Positions 1 through 14,354 of a stretch of DNA of 64,000 bases are shown here, in pieces (the stretch's first letter is position 1; every line of letters starts with the position of its first letter). The notes below the pieces were generated by a model. The model worked only from the letters and a program-made list of their open reading frames with translations. It was not told where the DNA came from and made no database searches. This DNA comes from Anaeramoeba ignava BMAN (lineage: Eukaryota > Protista > Anaeramoebae), in contig JAPDFW010000120.1 in NCBI GenBank assembly GCA_028826165.1, positions 62,001 to 126,000 of the forward strand. The letters run 5' to 3'. A program made the position numbers and the translations under genes.

Positions 1-636
1 GCATGGAGTAAAGCAAAATACAAACATCGAGCACCAAATGTGTTATCATTCATTCAACGATTCAACGACACATCTGGATGGGTAGCAACAACAATTACCA
101 AAAGCGATCGATTACAACATCGAGTTCACACAATCGAAAAATTTATAAAAATAGCAGAACATTTAAGAGCATTAAATAACTTCAACGGATTGACATCAGT
201 ATTAGCAGGTTTAAATAACGCAGCAGTTTATCGATTAAAGCATTCATGGAGTTCAATAAAATTAAATTATCAACAAACACTTGAATCACTTAAAAATCAA
301 ATGGATTCAAGTGGAGCTTATAAAACATACAGAGAATTACTTAAAAATGTTAATCCGCCTTGTATTCCTTATCTCGGCATTTATTTGACTGATCTTACAT
401 TCATAGAAGATGGCGTTCCTGATTTTATCGGGAATCTAATTAATTATACTAAAAGATCCCAAATTAGCAAAGTTATCTTAAATATTCAACAATATCAACA
501 AAAATCTTATGAATTTCAATATGTTCATCAAATCTCCCAATTGCTCTTGAAAATTCGCAATTTGGATGATTCAGAATTATATAATAAATCTTTGGAAATT
601 GAACCTCGTAATCGTGATATTTCTGAAATTAAATAA
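1..636 (+). CDS. RasGEF (CDC25-homology domain), 3' end; gene starts before the window
   Basis: Frame is open from base 1 (AWSKAKYKHRAPNV...). It carries the CDC25 motifs FIKIAEHLRALNNFN, VYRLKHSW, PPCIPYLGIYLTDLTFIEDG and SLEIEPR. Confidence 0.95.
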   Translation, partial: AWSKAKYKHRAPNVLSFIQRFNDTSGWVATTITKSDRLQHRVHTIEKFIKIAEHLRALNNFNGLTSVLAGLNNAAVYRLKHSWSSIKLNYQQTLESLKNQMDSSGAYKTYRELLKNVNPPCIPYLGIYLTDLTFIEDGVPDFIGNLINYTKRSQISKVILNIQQYQQKSYEFQYVHQISQLLLKIRNLDDSELYNKSLEIEPRNRDISEIK

Positions 637-801
637 TTTCATTTCTTTTTATTTCTTCTTATTTCTTTTTTCTTTTTTCTTTTTGATCTCAGAAAAAATT
701 TTTTTCAATTAATTCAAATAAAATCCTCAAAAAAAAAATTTAATTTTTTTCTCAATTTAAATTTTTCATTTTTTTCATTTTTCTTTTTTAAATTAATTTA
801 A

Positions 802-3800
802 ATGATTGCTAGGTAAAAAAAAAAACAACAAAATTTAAAAGGAAAATAAACATAAAATAATTTAAAAAGCAAAAATAAATTTTTTTATATAAAAAAACAT
901 CAATTTAATTCAAAAAAAAAAAATTATACAAAAATAATAGAAGAGCAAAAAAAAAAATTTCTAAAAAAAGTAAATTTAAAAAAAAATTTTAAATTCAAAT
1001 TATAATTATAATTATAATTATTTTATTTTCAAAAAGGTTCTGTTTGGTTAAATTTAGATTTAAAATGGATTAGAAAAAAACTTCGGTAAAAAATTTACAA
1101 AATAAAATTTAAATTAAAAAATTTATAAAATAAAATTTCAAATAAAAAAAGAATAAGTTCTGGAATATTAAGTTATCAATATGCAAAGAAAACTCAAAAA
1201 ATCAAAATTGATCCATTAACAATATTAACAACATTTTCAAGTGAAGCTTCTAAATATTGTTGTAGAGTAATATTTGGATTACAAAATGAAAAAATTGAAT
1301 TTGGATCTGAAACACAAAAAGATTTGGATGAATGGATTCAAGCTATTCAAGAGTCTCAAATTATTGAAATAGAAAAATTATTTCCTAAAAAGAAAAATTT
1401 AAGTCGTTCACTTTCATTAGATTCTTCACAAATTGGTTCTTCTTTAGTTTTAATTAAAAATGAAACAGAAGTAATTAATTAAAAAGGAAATTATTTTGAA
1501 TTTACATGAAATTTGAAATTAATTGAAATTTATTTTGAATTTACATGAAATTTGAATTTAATTGAAAATTATTTTGAATTTACATGAAATTTGAATTTAA
1601 TTGAAATTTATTTTGAATTTACATGAAATTTGAAATTAATTGAAAATTATTTTGAATTTACATGAAATTTGAAATTTATTTTGAAATTTATTTTTGAATT
1701 AAAATTTTAAATAATTTAGCAAGATAAAATCACTTTTGAACCAAAATATATCAAATTTTCAACAACAGAACTTTTTATTTATCAAGAATTTGAAGGACAA
1801 CCTGAAGAAATTGTAAATTTAATTCGAGAAGACACAGTTATTACAAGACATCCTGATCATAATTTAGCTTTTGAAATTTCAAACGAAGATCAAAATTATT
1901 ATATTATTACTTCATCTCATGCAGAAAAAATGAAATGGGTTCAAAATTTAAATATGATAATTGAAAGATTTAAAAAAATTGAAAAAGAAAATGATGAATC
2001 TCAAAAAAAACTTTTTCGTCATTTATCTTTTAAAAGTCCTTCTGCTTTGTTTTTTACTCATGCAATTAATTATGAAGATGAAGATGAAGATGTTAATAAT
2101 TTAGATATTGATTTAAATACACTTGAACTCAAAAATGAAAATCAAAAAAATCAAACAAATCAAACAATCCAAAAAAATCAAGAAACAATTCAAAAATCAA
2201 ACAAATCAAACAATCCAAAAAAATCAAAAAAATCAAGAAAATCAAGTAATTCAAGATATTGATTTAGAAAAATTGGATCTTGATGATATTTTGGATGATC
2301 CACTTTTGGTTGAACAAATTGAATCTGATTCAAGTGTTGAAGATGAATCAAAATATAGTTCTGTTATTGTAAGAGCTGGCAATGATGATAACCAACAAGT
2401 TTATGTTAAAGAAATTATTAAAATGGTTCAAGGAGATTCTTCAAAATCTTTACTCAATTTAACAAAAACATTAAAAAGAGATCAAAAATTAAATGAAGAT
2501 GATGGTATTAAAATCAAAATCCAATTTAAAATAATTTAATTTAATTCAAATCAAATAATTTAATTCAATTCAATTTATTTTAATTCAATTTAGATCAAAC
2601 AATAATTTATGGAAGAAGAAAAAATACTTTTGAACATTTATTAACCAAATTTTATCAACAAGAAAATTATGAAGAAAATATTCTTCAAGATGAAAATGAA
2701 CAACTTAAACAAGAATTACAAGAACAACAAGATTTAGTTCAAAATTTAAATCAAAGGAATTTAGTATTACTTCATAAATTAACATGTAAATTCCAAAAAA
2801 TATATAAATATTTAATTCAAAAAATATATAAATATTTTTAATTCAAAATAAATATAAATATTTAATTCAAAATAAATATAAATATTTAATTCCAAAAAAT
2901 ATATATATAAATATTTAATTCCAAAAAAATATATAAATATTTAATTCCAAAAAAAATATATAAATATTTAATTCCAAAAAATATATAAATATTTAATTCC
3001 AAAAAAGATATAAATATTTAATTCCAAAAAAGATATAAATATTTAATTCCAAAAAAAGATATAAATATTTAATTCCAAAATAAATATAAATATTTAATTC
3101 CAAAAATATATAAATATTTAATTCAAAAAATATATATAATTATTTATTCAAAAATATAAATATTTAATTCCAAAAAATAAATATAAATATTTAATTCCAA
3201 AAAAAGATATAAATATTTAATTCAAAAAAAATATATAAATATTTAATTCCAAAAAAAATATAAATATTTAATTCAAAAAATATATAAATATTTAATTCCA
3301 AAAAATATATAAATATTTAATTCCAAAAAATATATAAATATTTAATTCCAAAAAATATATAAATATTTAATTCACTTTTGTTCTAAAAATAGCAATGTTG
3401 GAACAAAGAGAAAATTTAATGTTTTCTGTTTCAGAACAAAATATCCCATTTGAATTTTGTTTTCATCAATTTACAAATTTTGAAAACAAAGAATTAGTAA
3501 AAGAGATTTCTTACATGTTGGAACACTTTGCAGATTTAAACAATAGTTTCCAACTTCTATCTAAAGAATTGAATCGATTAGAAAAACAAGATGAAAAATT
3601 AAGTGAAGAAATTAAAACAATTTTAGAACAACAAAAGCAAAAATTAGAAACCAAAAAAGAAAAAAATATTTCAAAAGAAGAATTAAATCAATTAAATAAA
3701 CAAAATTCTGATTTGGAAATGGATTTTTATGATTGTTTATTGTTTCAAAAACAAAATTTAGAAACAAATATTCTCATTATTAAAAATTATCTTTTAATTC

Positions 3801-3970
3801 TTGAAGAACAAAAAAGTCATCAATCAGAATTTTTTGCTCAACAAATTCGTGAAAAAAATTCAAAATTGAAAAAAAGAATTGAAGGTCTTTCTGCTTTATC
3901 AATAAAAATGAAGGAAATTAAGACAGAATTCGAAGAAACTTCACCAAGACAAAAAAGAAAAGAATTTTAG
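802..3970 (+). CDS. Multi-exon tandem PH-domain protein with C-terminal coiled coil
   Basis: Manual GT-AG splicing gives PH-like unit 1 (VWLNLDLKWIRKKL...FGSETQKDLDEWIQAIQ, ~1037-1350) and unit 2 (FEPKYIKFSTTELFIY...LAFEI...KMKWVQNL, ~1720-1960). The last exon 3393-3970 is coiled coil. There is one frameshift in an A-run near 2192 and the start is uncertain. Confidence 0.7.
1490..1700. repeat. Intronic ~40-bp tandem repeat with ACATGAAAT core
   Basis: About 5 copies of TTATTTTGAATTTACATGAAATTTGAAATTAATTGAAA. Confidence 0.85.
2790..3372. repeat. Intronic ~26-bp minisatellite
   Basis: More than 20 copies of AAATATTTAATTCCAAAAAAATATAT. Confidence 0.9.
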
Positions 3971-3989
3971 ATTTCAATTTCAAATCAAA

Positions 3990-5850
3990 TTTAAATCAAT
4001 TTCAATTCAAATTTAAATCAATTTTAAATCAATTTTAAATCAATTTCAAATCAATTTTAAATCAATTTTAAATTAATTTTAAATTAATTTTAAATCAATT
4101 TTATATCAATTTTAAATCAATTTTAAATCAATTTTAAATCAATTTTAAATCAATTTTAAATCAATTTTAAATCAATTTTATATCAATTTTAAATCAATTT
4201 TAAATCAATTTTATATCAATTTTATATCAATTTTAAATCAATTTTAAATCAATTTTAAATCAATTTTAAATCAATTTTAAATCAATTTTAAATCAATTTT
4301 AAATCAATTTTAAATCAATTTTAAATCAATTTTATATCAATTTTAAATCAATTTTAAATCAATTTTAAATCAATTTTAATTCAATTTTTAAATCAATTTT
4401 AAATCAATTTTTATATTAATTTTATATCAATTTTAAATCAATTTTCTAAATCAATTTTAAATCAATTTTAAATCAATTTTAAATTAATTTTAAATCAATT
4501 TTAAAATCAATTTTAAATCAATTTTAAATCAATTTTAAATCAATTTTTAAATCAATTTTAAATTAATTTTAAATCAATTTTAAATCAATTTTAAATCAAT
4601 TTTAAATCAATTTTAAATCAATTTTATATCAATTTTAAATCAATTTTAAATCAATTTTTATATCAATTTTTAAATCAATTTTAAATCAATTTTAAATCAA
4701 TTTTATATCAATTTTTTAAATTAATTTTAAATCAATTTTAAATCAATTTTAAATCAATTTTAAATCAATTTTAAATCAATTTTATATCAATTTTTAAATC
4801 AATTTTTAAATCAATTTTAAATCAATTTTAAATCAATTTTAAATCAATTTTATATCAATTTTAAATCAATTTTTATATCAATTTTAAATCAATTTTTATA
4901 TCAATTTTTAAATCAATTTTATATCAATTTTAAATCAATTTTAAATCAATTTTTATATCAATTTTAAATCAATTTTTAAATCAATTTTTATATCAAATTT
5001 AAATCAATTTTAAATCAATTTTAAATCAATTTTAAATCAATTTTAATCAATTTTAAATCAATTTTAAATCAATTTTAAATCAATTTTAAATCAATTTTAA
5101 ATCAATTTTAAATCAATTTTAAATCAATTTTAAATCAATTTTAAATCAATTTTAAATCAATTTTAAATCAATTTTAAATCAATTTTAAATCAATTTTAAA
5201 TCAATTTTAAATCAATTTTAAATCAATTTTAAATCAATTTTAAATCAATTTTAAATCAATTTTAAATCAATTTTAAATCAATTTTAAATCAATTTTAAAT
5301 CAATTTTAAATCAATTTTAAATCAATTTTAAATCAAATTTTAAATCAAATCAAAATCAATTTTATAAATTTAAATCAATTTTAAATCAATTTTAAATCAA
5401 TTTTAAATCAATTTTAAATCAATTTTAAATCAATTTTTAAATCAATTTTAAATCAATTTTATATTAATTTTATATCAATTTTAAAATCAAATTTAAATCA
5501 ATTTTAAAATCAATTTTATATCAATTTTATATTAATTTTAAATCAATTTTATATCAATTTTAAATCAATTTTAAATCAATTTTATATTAATTTTATATCA
5601 ATTTTAAATCAATTTTAAATCAATTTTAAATCAAATTTAAATCAATTTTATATCAATTTTAAATCAATTTTAAATCAATTTTAAATCAATTTTATTTCAA
5701 TTTTAAATCAATTTTATATCAATTTTATATCAATTTTAAATCAATTTTAAATCAATTTTATATCAATTTTAAATCAATTTTAAATCAATTTTATATCAAT
5801 TTTAAATCAATTTTAAATCAATTTTAAATCAATTTTAAATCAATTTTAAA
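3990..5850 (+). repeat. 11-bp satellite (TCAATTTTAAA)n, ~1.9 kb
   Basis: Near-perfect array starting just after the TAG at 3970, with a TCAATTTTATA variant. Confidence 0.97.
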
Positions 5851-5890
5851 TCTAAATTTCTTTCAAAAAGTGAAATAAAAATGTTTTCTT

Positions 5891-5945
5891 CTTTTTCATT
5901 TTTTCATTTTTTTCATTTTTTATTTTTTTTCTTTCCTTTCATTTT
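5891..5945 (+). promoter_or_regulatory. Inr-like TTTCATTTT cluster upstream of Rab
   Basis: Several TCATTTT copies ~80-130 nt before ATG 6021. The same sense-strand motif precedes most genes in the window. Confidence 0.55.
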
Positions 5946-6020
5946 TTATTTTTGATTTTCTTTTATTTTCTTTTAAAAATTCAATTTAAAAATTAAAAAA
6001 ATTACATTTATAATTAAAAA

Positions 6021-7607
6021 ATGGATGAATCAAGAGAATCAGAATCTTCATCAATTCTTAAAGTATTAATAATTGGAAATAGTCTTGTTGGAAAAAGTTG
6101 TATTCTTCTTAGATTTTGTGATAATGAATTTGTAGAAGATATTGGTACAACAATTGGTGTTGATTTTCGTTTTGCTTCTTTAACAATTCAAGAAGAACCA
6201 GTGAAATTACAAATTGTAAAAAAATTTTTTTTCTAAATTCAATTTTAATTTTAATTTTAATTTAATTTTAATTTTAATTTTAATTTCAAAATTAATTTTA
6301 ATTTTAATTTCAATTTTAATTTTAATTTTAATTTTAATTTCAAAATTAATTTCAATTTTAATTTCAATTTCAATTTCAATTTCAATTTCAAATTCAATTT
6401 TAATTTCAATTTTAATTTCAATTTCAATTTCAATTTTAATTTTAATTTCAATTTTGATTTCAATTTCAATTTTAATTTTAATTTTAATTTCAATTTTAAT
6501 TTCAATTTCAATTTCAATTTCAATTTCAATTTCAATTTTAATTTCAATTTTAATTTTAATTTTAATTTCAATTTTAATTTTAATTTTAATTTCAATTTTA
6601 ATTTCAATTTTAATTTTAATTTTAATTTCAATTTTAATTTTAATTTCAATTTCAAATTCAAATTCAATTTTAATTTTAAATTCAATTTTAATTTCAATTT
6701 TAAATTCAATTTTAATTTTAATTTTAATTTTAATTTTAATTTTAATTTTAATTTTAATTTTAATTTAGTGGGATACTGCAGGTATTTTTATTAAACAATT
6801 TTAAAGATTTTTTTTAATATAAAATTTTTGATGAAATAAATAAAAAACGTTTTATGAAACAGGACAAGAAAGATTCAGAACAATTACAAGTACTTATTAT
6901 AGAAATGCAGATGCAATTATGATAGTTTATGATATAACTGATAAAGATAGTTTTGCTCAAGTTAAAAATTGGTTTAGAGAAATTTCAAACAATGCACCTT
7001 CAAATGTTACAACAATTCTTGTTGGAAATAAAATAGATTTAGAAAATAAAAGAGTTATTTCTAGTGATGAAGGAAAAGTAAATTGAAAATCAATTATAAT
7101 TTTATATAGAATTTTGATTATAATTTCAATTTTAATTTTAATTTTAAATTTAATTTTAAATTTAATTTTAATTTTAAATTTAATTTCAATTATAATTTTG
7201 AATATAATTTTAATTTTAATTTTCAAAATGAATTTTAAATTTAATTTCAATTTTAATTTCAATTTTGATTTTAATTTCAAATTTAATTTTGATTTTAATT
7301 TCAAATTTAATTTTCAAAATGAATTTTAATTAAATTATAATTATTTTAGTCACTCGCAAAATCTCTTCGTTCACCTTTTATTGAAGTTAGTGCTAAAATG
7401 GGAGATAATATTGAAACAGCATTTTCAGCATTAACAGTTGAAGCCTTAAAAAAGTAAAAAAAAAATTCCACTTTTTCTTTCTTAAATTCCACTTTTTTTT
7501 GCTTTTTTTTTTCAAAAAACAAAAAAAATAGAATAAAACCATCAAGAAGAAGAAGAAAAACAACTTTAGTTCAATTTTCAACTCAACCTAAAAAAAAATG
7601 TTGTTAA
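6021..7607 (+). CDS. Rab GTPase, Rab1-like
   Basis: Exons 6021-6215, 6769-6781, 6863-7077, 7350-7453, 7532-7607. Motifs GNSLVGKS, TIGVDF, WDTAGQERFRTITSTYYR, GNKIDL and EVSAK, with a C-terminal KKKCC prenylation motif. Confidence 0.93.
6240..6765. repeat. Intronic hexamer microsatellite (AATTTT/AATTTC)n
   Basis: Fills Rab intron 1 and produces the spurious LKLK/ISIL ORFs. Confidence 0.95.
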
Positions 7608-7902
7608 ATTTCATTTTAAAAATTGCGAATTAAAAATGAAAAATTCGAAATTAAAAACGATCATTTTAAATCCACTTTTTGTTGTGATTAAATAAAAGCA
7701 AATCAAATTTCAACACAAATAATCGTTTTGTGAATTAATTTTTTCACATTTAATCAAAAAGAGAAAAAAAAATTTTTGTTTTTTTTAAAAAGAAAAAAAA
7801 TTAATAAAACGTTTTTTTTTTTCATTTTTTTTTTCATTTTTTTTTTTAAATAATTTTTTCTTTTTAAAAAAATTCAAAACAAAACAATTTCAAAACAATA
7901 AA

Positions 7903-10819
7903 ATGTCAATTATCTATTCTTTTGTTGCAAGAGGAAAAACAATACTTGCAGAATATTCAGATTCAACAGGTTTGATTGAAGAAAAAAAAAAATCAATAAA
8001 TGATTGAATAATTAATAAAAAAAATTTTTTTATTTCTGATGTTTCCAAGTCATTTAATTTCAATTTCAATTCCAAATTTCAATTTTAAAAATTTTTTTTG
8101 AAATTTACCATTTTTATTTTTATTTAATTATTTATAAATGAAAAGCTAATAGAAACTGAAAATTAAAACAAATATAAAATTTAGATTTACTAATCAAATC
8201 CAAATCCAAAATCAATTTCAAATTCAATTTCAAATTCAAATTCAAATTCAAATTCAATTTCAAATTCAATTTTTAATTTTAATTTTAATTTCAATTTTAA
8301 TTTCAAATTTAATTTTAATTTTAATTTCAATTTCAATTTCAATTTTAATTTTAATTTTAATTTTAATTTCAATTTCAATTTTAATTTCAATTTTAATTTT
8401 AAATTCAATTTTAATTTTAATATCAATTTTAATTTCAATTTTAATTTCAAATTTTAATTTCAATTTCAATTTTAATTTTAAATTCAATTTTAATTTTAAT
8501 TTCAATTTTAATATCAATTTTAATTTCAATTTCAAATTTCAATTTCAATTTCAATTTCAATTTCAATTTCAATTTCAATTTCAAATTCAATTTCAATTTC
8601 AATTTCAATTTCAATTTTAATTTTAATTTTAAATTCAAATTCAAATTCAATTTCAATTTTAATTTTAATTTTGATTTCAATTTCAATTTCAATTTTAATA
8701 TCAATTTTAATTTCAATTTCAATTTCAATTTCAATTTCAATTTCAATTTCAATTTTAATTTCAATTTCAATTTCAATTTCAATTTCAATTTCAATTTCAA
8801 TTTCAATTTCAATTTCAATTTCAATTTTAATTTCAATTTTAATTTTAATTTCAATTTCAATTTCAATTTCAATTTCAATTTCAATTTTAATTTTAATTTC
8901 AATTTCAATTTCAATTTCAATTTCAATTTCAATTTCAAATTCAATTTCAAATTCAATTTCAATTTCAATTTCAATTTTAATTTCAAATTCAATTTTAATT
9001 TTAATTTCAATTTTAATTTTAATTTTAATTTTAATTTTAATTTCAATTTCAATTTCAATTTCAATTTCAATTTCAATTTCAATTTCAATTTCAAATTCAA
9101 ATTTTAATTTTAATTTTAGGAAAAATTCAACAAAATTTCAAAATTCAATTTCAAATTCAAATAAAAATTCAATTTAAATAAAAATTCAATTTCAAATTCA
9201 ATTTCAATTTTAATTTCAATTTCAATTTCAATTTTAATTTTAATTTTAATTTTAAATTCAATTTTAATTTTAATTTTAATTTTAATTTTGATTTTAATTT
9301 TAATTTTAATATCAATTTTAATTTCAATTTCAATTTCAATTTTAATTTTAATTTTAATTTCAAAATAGGGAATTTTAAACAAGCTTGTAGACAAATTTTA
9401 GGAAAAATTGGACAAAAAGATACAAAAATGACTTATGTTTATGACAAGTAAAAATAAATAAAAAAAAATAACAAGAAATAAAGAAATTAGGAAAAATTAA
9501 AAGAAAATTTATATGTTTTATTCGTTTAAAGATATAACTTTCATTTTATTTCCGAAAAAAACTTGATTTATATGTGTATGGCTGATGAAAATTTTGAAAG
9601 AAGAATTGCTTTTGCTTTTCTTCAAGATATTAAAGGTAGATTTCAATCTGAATATGGAACTAAAGGTCAAAATGCTATTTATCTTGGAATGAATGAAGAT
9701 TTTGCTCAAGTTCTTCAACGTCAAATGGTTTTGTTTCTTTTTTAAACCATTTTTCAATTCCTATTTTACAACAAAAATTCATTTATACAAATTATATTTA
9801 AAATTAAAATTAAAATTAAAATTAAAATTAAAATTAAAATTAAAATTAAAATTAAAATTAAAATTAAAATTAAAATTAAAATTAAAATTAAAATTAAAAT
9901 TAAAATTAAAATTAAAATTAAAATTAAAATTAAAATTAAAATTAAAATTAAAATTTAAAATTGAAATTAAAATTAAAATTAAAATTAAAATTAAAATTAA
10001 AATTAAAATTAAAATCAAAATTAAAATTAAAATTGAAATTAAAATTGAATTTAATTTTGAATAAATTCCCAAAAATAGAAATATTTCTCATCAAATTTAG
10101 AATCAGATAAAATTGGGAAAGTGAAAAATGAAATTGAGGATGTGAAACAAATTATGTCAAAAAACATTGAAAAAGTTATTGAAAGAGGAGATAAAATTGA
10201 AATTCTTGTTGATAAAACAGAACATTTAAGAGATCAATCTTTTAAATTCAAAAGACAATCAACAAAATTAAAAAGACACATGTGGTACAAAAATTGCAAG
10301 TTAATTATGATGATTTTTGTTGTTGTTCAAAATTAAATTAAAAATCAAAATTAAAATTAAATTTAAATTTAAAAATTAAAATTAAAATTAAAATTAAAAT
10401 TAAAATTAAAATTTAAATTAAAATTTATAAAATTTAAAATTAAAATCAAAATTAAAATTAAAATCAAAATTAAAATTAAAATTAAAATTAAAATTAAAAT
10501 TAAAAATTAAAATCAAAATTAAAATTAAAATTAAAATTATAATTAAAATTAAAATTCAAAATCAAAATTAAAATTAAAATTAAAATTAAAATTATAATTA
10601 AAATTAAAATTAAAAATTAAAATTAAAATTAAAATTATAATTAAAATTTAAATTAAAATCAAAATTAAAATCAAAATCAAAATTAAAATTCATTTATAAA
10701 ATTAAAATTAAAATTAAAATTAAAATTATAATTAAAATTTAAATTAGTTGATTATTTACTTCATTCTTGCTGGTGCTTGTGGTGGTTTAGGACTTCCTAA
10801 ATGCACAGGAAAAAAATAA
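7903..10819 (+). CDS. VAMP7: Longin R-SNARE VAMP7
   Basis: Exons 7903-7969, 9369-9447, 9532-9727, 10079-~10324, 10748-10819. MSIIYSFVARGKTILAEY, YMCMADENFERRIAFAFL, NIEKVIERGDKIEILVDKTEHL, MWYKN, then a TM helix and ACGGLGLPKC. Confidence 0.95.
8200..9362. repeat. Intronic hexamer microsatellite (AATTTC/AATTTT)n
   Basis: Fills most of VAMP7 intron 1. (AAAATT)n arrays also occupy 9800-10050 and 10340-10745. Confidence 0.95.
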
Positions 10820-11057
10820 CAAAAACAAAAAAACAAAAAAAAAACAAAAAACAAAAACAAAATAACAATTCTTTCACAAAATGGAAGAGAAAAAAATACA
10901 ATTTTTTTTTTGGAATTCTTTTCGGAATTTTATTTTCATTTTAAGTTTTCCTTTATTTCTCAATTCTTTTAATAATAAAACAAAGAAAAAGATTTTTCAT
11001 TTTTTTGAATTTTCATTTTTTTCTTTTTTTTTCTCATTTTTTTTTAAATTAATTTCA

Positions 11058-13849
11058 ATGGATGTTATTCAATTAAGAGATGTAATTATTTCTTTTTTAT
11101 TTTAACGCAAACAAACAAAATTTATAATTAAATTTATAATTAAATTTATAAATAAATTTATAAACAAATTTATAATTATATTTATAAACAAATTTATAAT
11201 TATATTTATAAACAAATTTATAATTAAATTTATAAACAAATTTATAATTAAATTTATAAACAAATTTATAATTAAATTTATAATTAAATTTATAATTAAA
11301 TTTATAAACAAATTTATAATTAAATTTATAATTATATTTATAATTAAATTTATAAACAAATTTATAATTATATTTATAATTAAATTTATAAAACAAATTT
11401 ATAATTAAATTTATAACAAAATTTAAAAACAAATTTATAATTATATTTATAATTAAATTTATAATTAAATTTATAAACAAATTTATAATTATATTTATAA
11501 TTAAATTTATAATTAAATTTATAAACAAATTTATAAACAAATTTATAATTAAATTTATAATTTAAATTTTATAAACATTTTTAAAATTTCAAATTTATAA
11601 ACAAATTTATAATTAAATTTATAATTAAATTTATAATTAAATTTATAATTAAAAATTATGTAATTAAATATATAATTAAATTTATAATTAAATTTATAAA
11701 CAAATTTATAATTAAATTTATAATTAAATTTATAAACAAATTTATAAACATATTTATTATTATATTTATAAACAAATTTATAATTAAATTTATAATTAAA
11801 TTTATAATTAAATTTATAATTAAATTTATAAACAAATATATAAACAAATTTATAATTAAATTTATAAACAAAATTTATAAACAAATTTATAATTAAATTT
11901 ATAAACAAATTTATAAACAAATTTATAATTAAATTTATAATTATATTTATATCAAATTTATAATTAAATTTATAATTAAATTTATAATTAAATTTATAAT
12001 TAAATTTATAAACAAATTTATAAACAAATTTATAAACAAATTTATAACAAAATTTATAAACAAATTTATAATTATATTTATATCAAAATTTATATCAAAA
12101 TTTATAATTAAATTTATAATTAAATTTATTTCAAAATTTATTTCAAAATTTTATTTCAAAATTTATAATTAAATATATAATTAAATATATAATTAAATTT
12201 ATAATTAAATTTATTTCAAAATTCATTTCAAAATTCATTTCAAAATTTATTTCAAAATTTATTTCAAAATTTATTTCAAAATTTATTTCAAAATTTATTT
12301 CAAAATTTATATCAAAATTTATTTCAAAATTTATATCAAAATTTATTTCAAAATTTATATCAAAATTTATTTCAAAATTTATTTCAAAATTATTTCAAAA
12401 TTTATTTCAAAATTTATTTCAAAATTCATTTCAAAATTCATTTCAAAATTTATTTCAATATTTATTTCAAAATTTATTTCAAAAATTTATTTCAAAAATT
12501 CATTTTAAAATTTATTTCAAAATTTATATCAAAATTCATTTCAAAAATTCATTTCAAAATTTATTTCAAAAATTTGTAAATAAATTGGAAAATAGCAACT
12601 CCAAAAACAAAGTCAACAATTTGATAAAGAAAGACAAATGATATCAAACGAATTTCTTGGGATCATCAACACACGAAACGAGCAAATCCAAGCATTAACA
12701 TCAGCACTAAAAGAAATGACGCAAACAAACTTAAAAATACGAACAGAAAGAGAAAAACTAATAAAATTCATAAACGAACATGAATTTGGATCAAATGATG
12801 TTGATTTAATAGAAAAAGAACAAGAAGAAAAACTCAAACTTCAACAGAACTTGAAAACCTTGGAATCGGCGTTTTTTACACTTCAAAATGAAGCAAATCA
12901 ACTTAAAAATCAAAATCAAGAATTTTCACAATTGATTCAAATCAAAGAAAATGAAGTTGAAAAAATCAACAAAGAAAAACAAAGAATTATCGATAAGAAT
13001 TCAGAAGACAATCTGTTACTGTTTAAACACATCGACGATTTGGAGGCAAAATTAAACAACTTTTCTGATGGAACTGATTCTCAAAAAACAGGGAAAGAAA
13101 ATCAAGTAAATCAAGAAATGGCTGAACAAATTCGGGTTTTACAAGAAAATATCAAGAAACTCGAAGAGGAAAAATCAAAGAACCCTTATGAAAACGAACA
13201 CTTCATTCTTGTGGAACACATTGAGAATCTCGAAAAGAAAATCCAACAACTAGAAAATGAGAAAAAAAACCCAGAAAACTCTGAACTTCTGCTCAAACAC
13301 ATCAACACTCTTGAAGAAACTATAAAGAAATTAGAAAGTGAGAAGCAGAAGAATCATCAAGACATACAAAACACTCAATTGTTGATTGAGCATATTGAGC
13401 ATTTGGAGGCTCAGATCAAGCAAAAAGATGAAGACAATAAAATTCTTCTTGATTCAATTTCTCAACAAAATTTAAATTCATCTCAAATTGATGATTTGAC
13501 GAAGGAAATCAAAAACCTTCGGATTGAGAATGAAACTCTTAAGAAGGAAAGCATGAAGAATAGTAACTCCTCTGAGGTTATTAGGCTTAAAGAAGAACTT
13601 GTTCAACTGAAACAAAAACTTAATAATTATCAAAGTAAAAACTTCAATATTGAAGATCAAGGTCTTTTAATTTCAAGGATTGAAGAGTTAGAAAAGGAAA
13701 ATGAAAGATTGAATCTTCAATCTCGTAAAAATCAGAGTCAAGATATTGATGAATTACGTAAACAACTTCAAGAGGAAAAGTCAAATAATGAATTGTTAAT
13801 TCAATATATTCAACAACTTAATGTTTCAAATCAAAATTCAAAAAAATGA
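11058..13849 (+). CDS. Long coiled-coil protein of unknown function
   Basis: Exon 11058-11081 (MDVIQLRD), intron 11082-12595, exon 12596-13849. Heptad-rich, with a repeated LL.HI..LE motif. Confidence 0.75.
11120..12570. repeat. Intronic 12-bp arrays (AAATTTATAATT)n switching to (CAAAATTTATTT)n
   Basis: Read directly; the unit switches near 12130-12210. Confidence 0.95.
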
Positions 13850-14354
13850 TTTGATTTAATTTGATTTGATTTGATTTAATTTGATTTAATTTTTCTTTTA
13901 ATAAAAAAAAGAAAATATTAAATGAAAAACGAAGAACAAATTTTTTTATTAATTTTTGGAAAAACAACAACACAAAATATTATTTAAATTTAAATTTAAA
14001 TTTAAATTAATATTTGAATTATTTGAATTATTTGAATTAATATTTGAATTAATATTTAAATTAATATTTTAATTATTTGAATTATTATTTGAATTAATAT
14101 TTTAATTAATATTTGAATTAATATTTAAATTAATGTTTAAAATATTTGAATTAATTTTTGAATTAATATTTGAATTGATATTTAAATCAATATTTGAATT
14201 AATATTTAAATTATTTGAATTAATTTTTGAATTAATATTTAAATTATTTGAATTAATTTTTGAATTAATATTTAAATTATTTGAATTAATATTTAAATTG
14301 ATATTTGAATTAATATTTGAATTGATTTTTAAATTATTATTTAAAATATTTGAA

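Noticed and set aside
2790-3372. 26-40 bp repeats as CRISPR arrays
   Set aside because: There are no unique spacers or cas genes, and the repeats lie within eukaryotic introns.
7995-8045. Box C/D snoRNA in VAMP7 intron 1 (ATGATTGA...CTGA)
   Set aside because: The box C is imperfect, the span is only ~40 nt, and the interior is A/T runs with no guide sequence.
6257-10072. LKLK/ISIL/FNFN ORFs, and similar INLI, FKLIYY and VIVNV ORFs elsewhere
   Set aside because: They are translations of stop-free AT microsatellites inside introns or 3' flanks.
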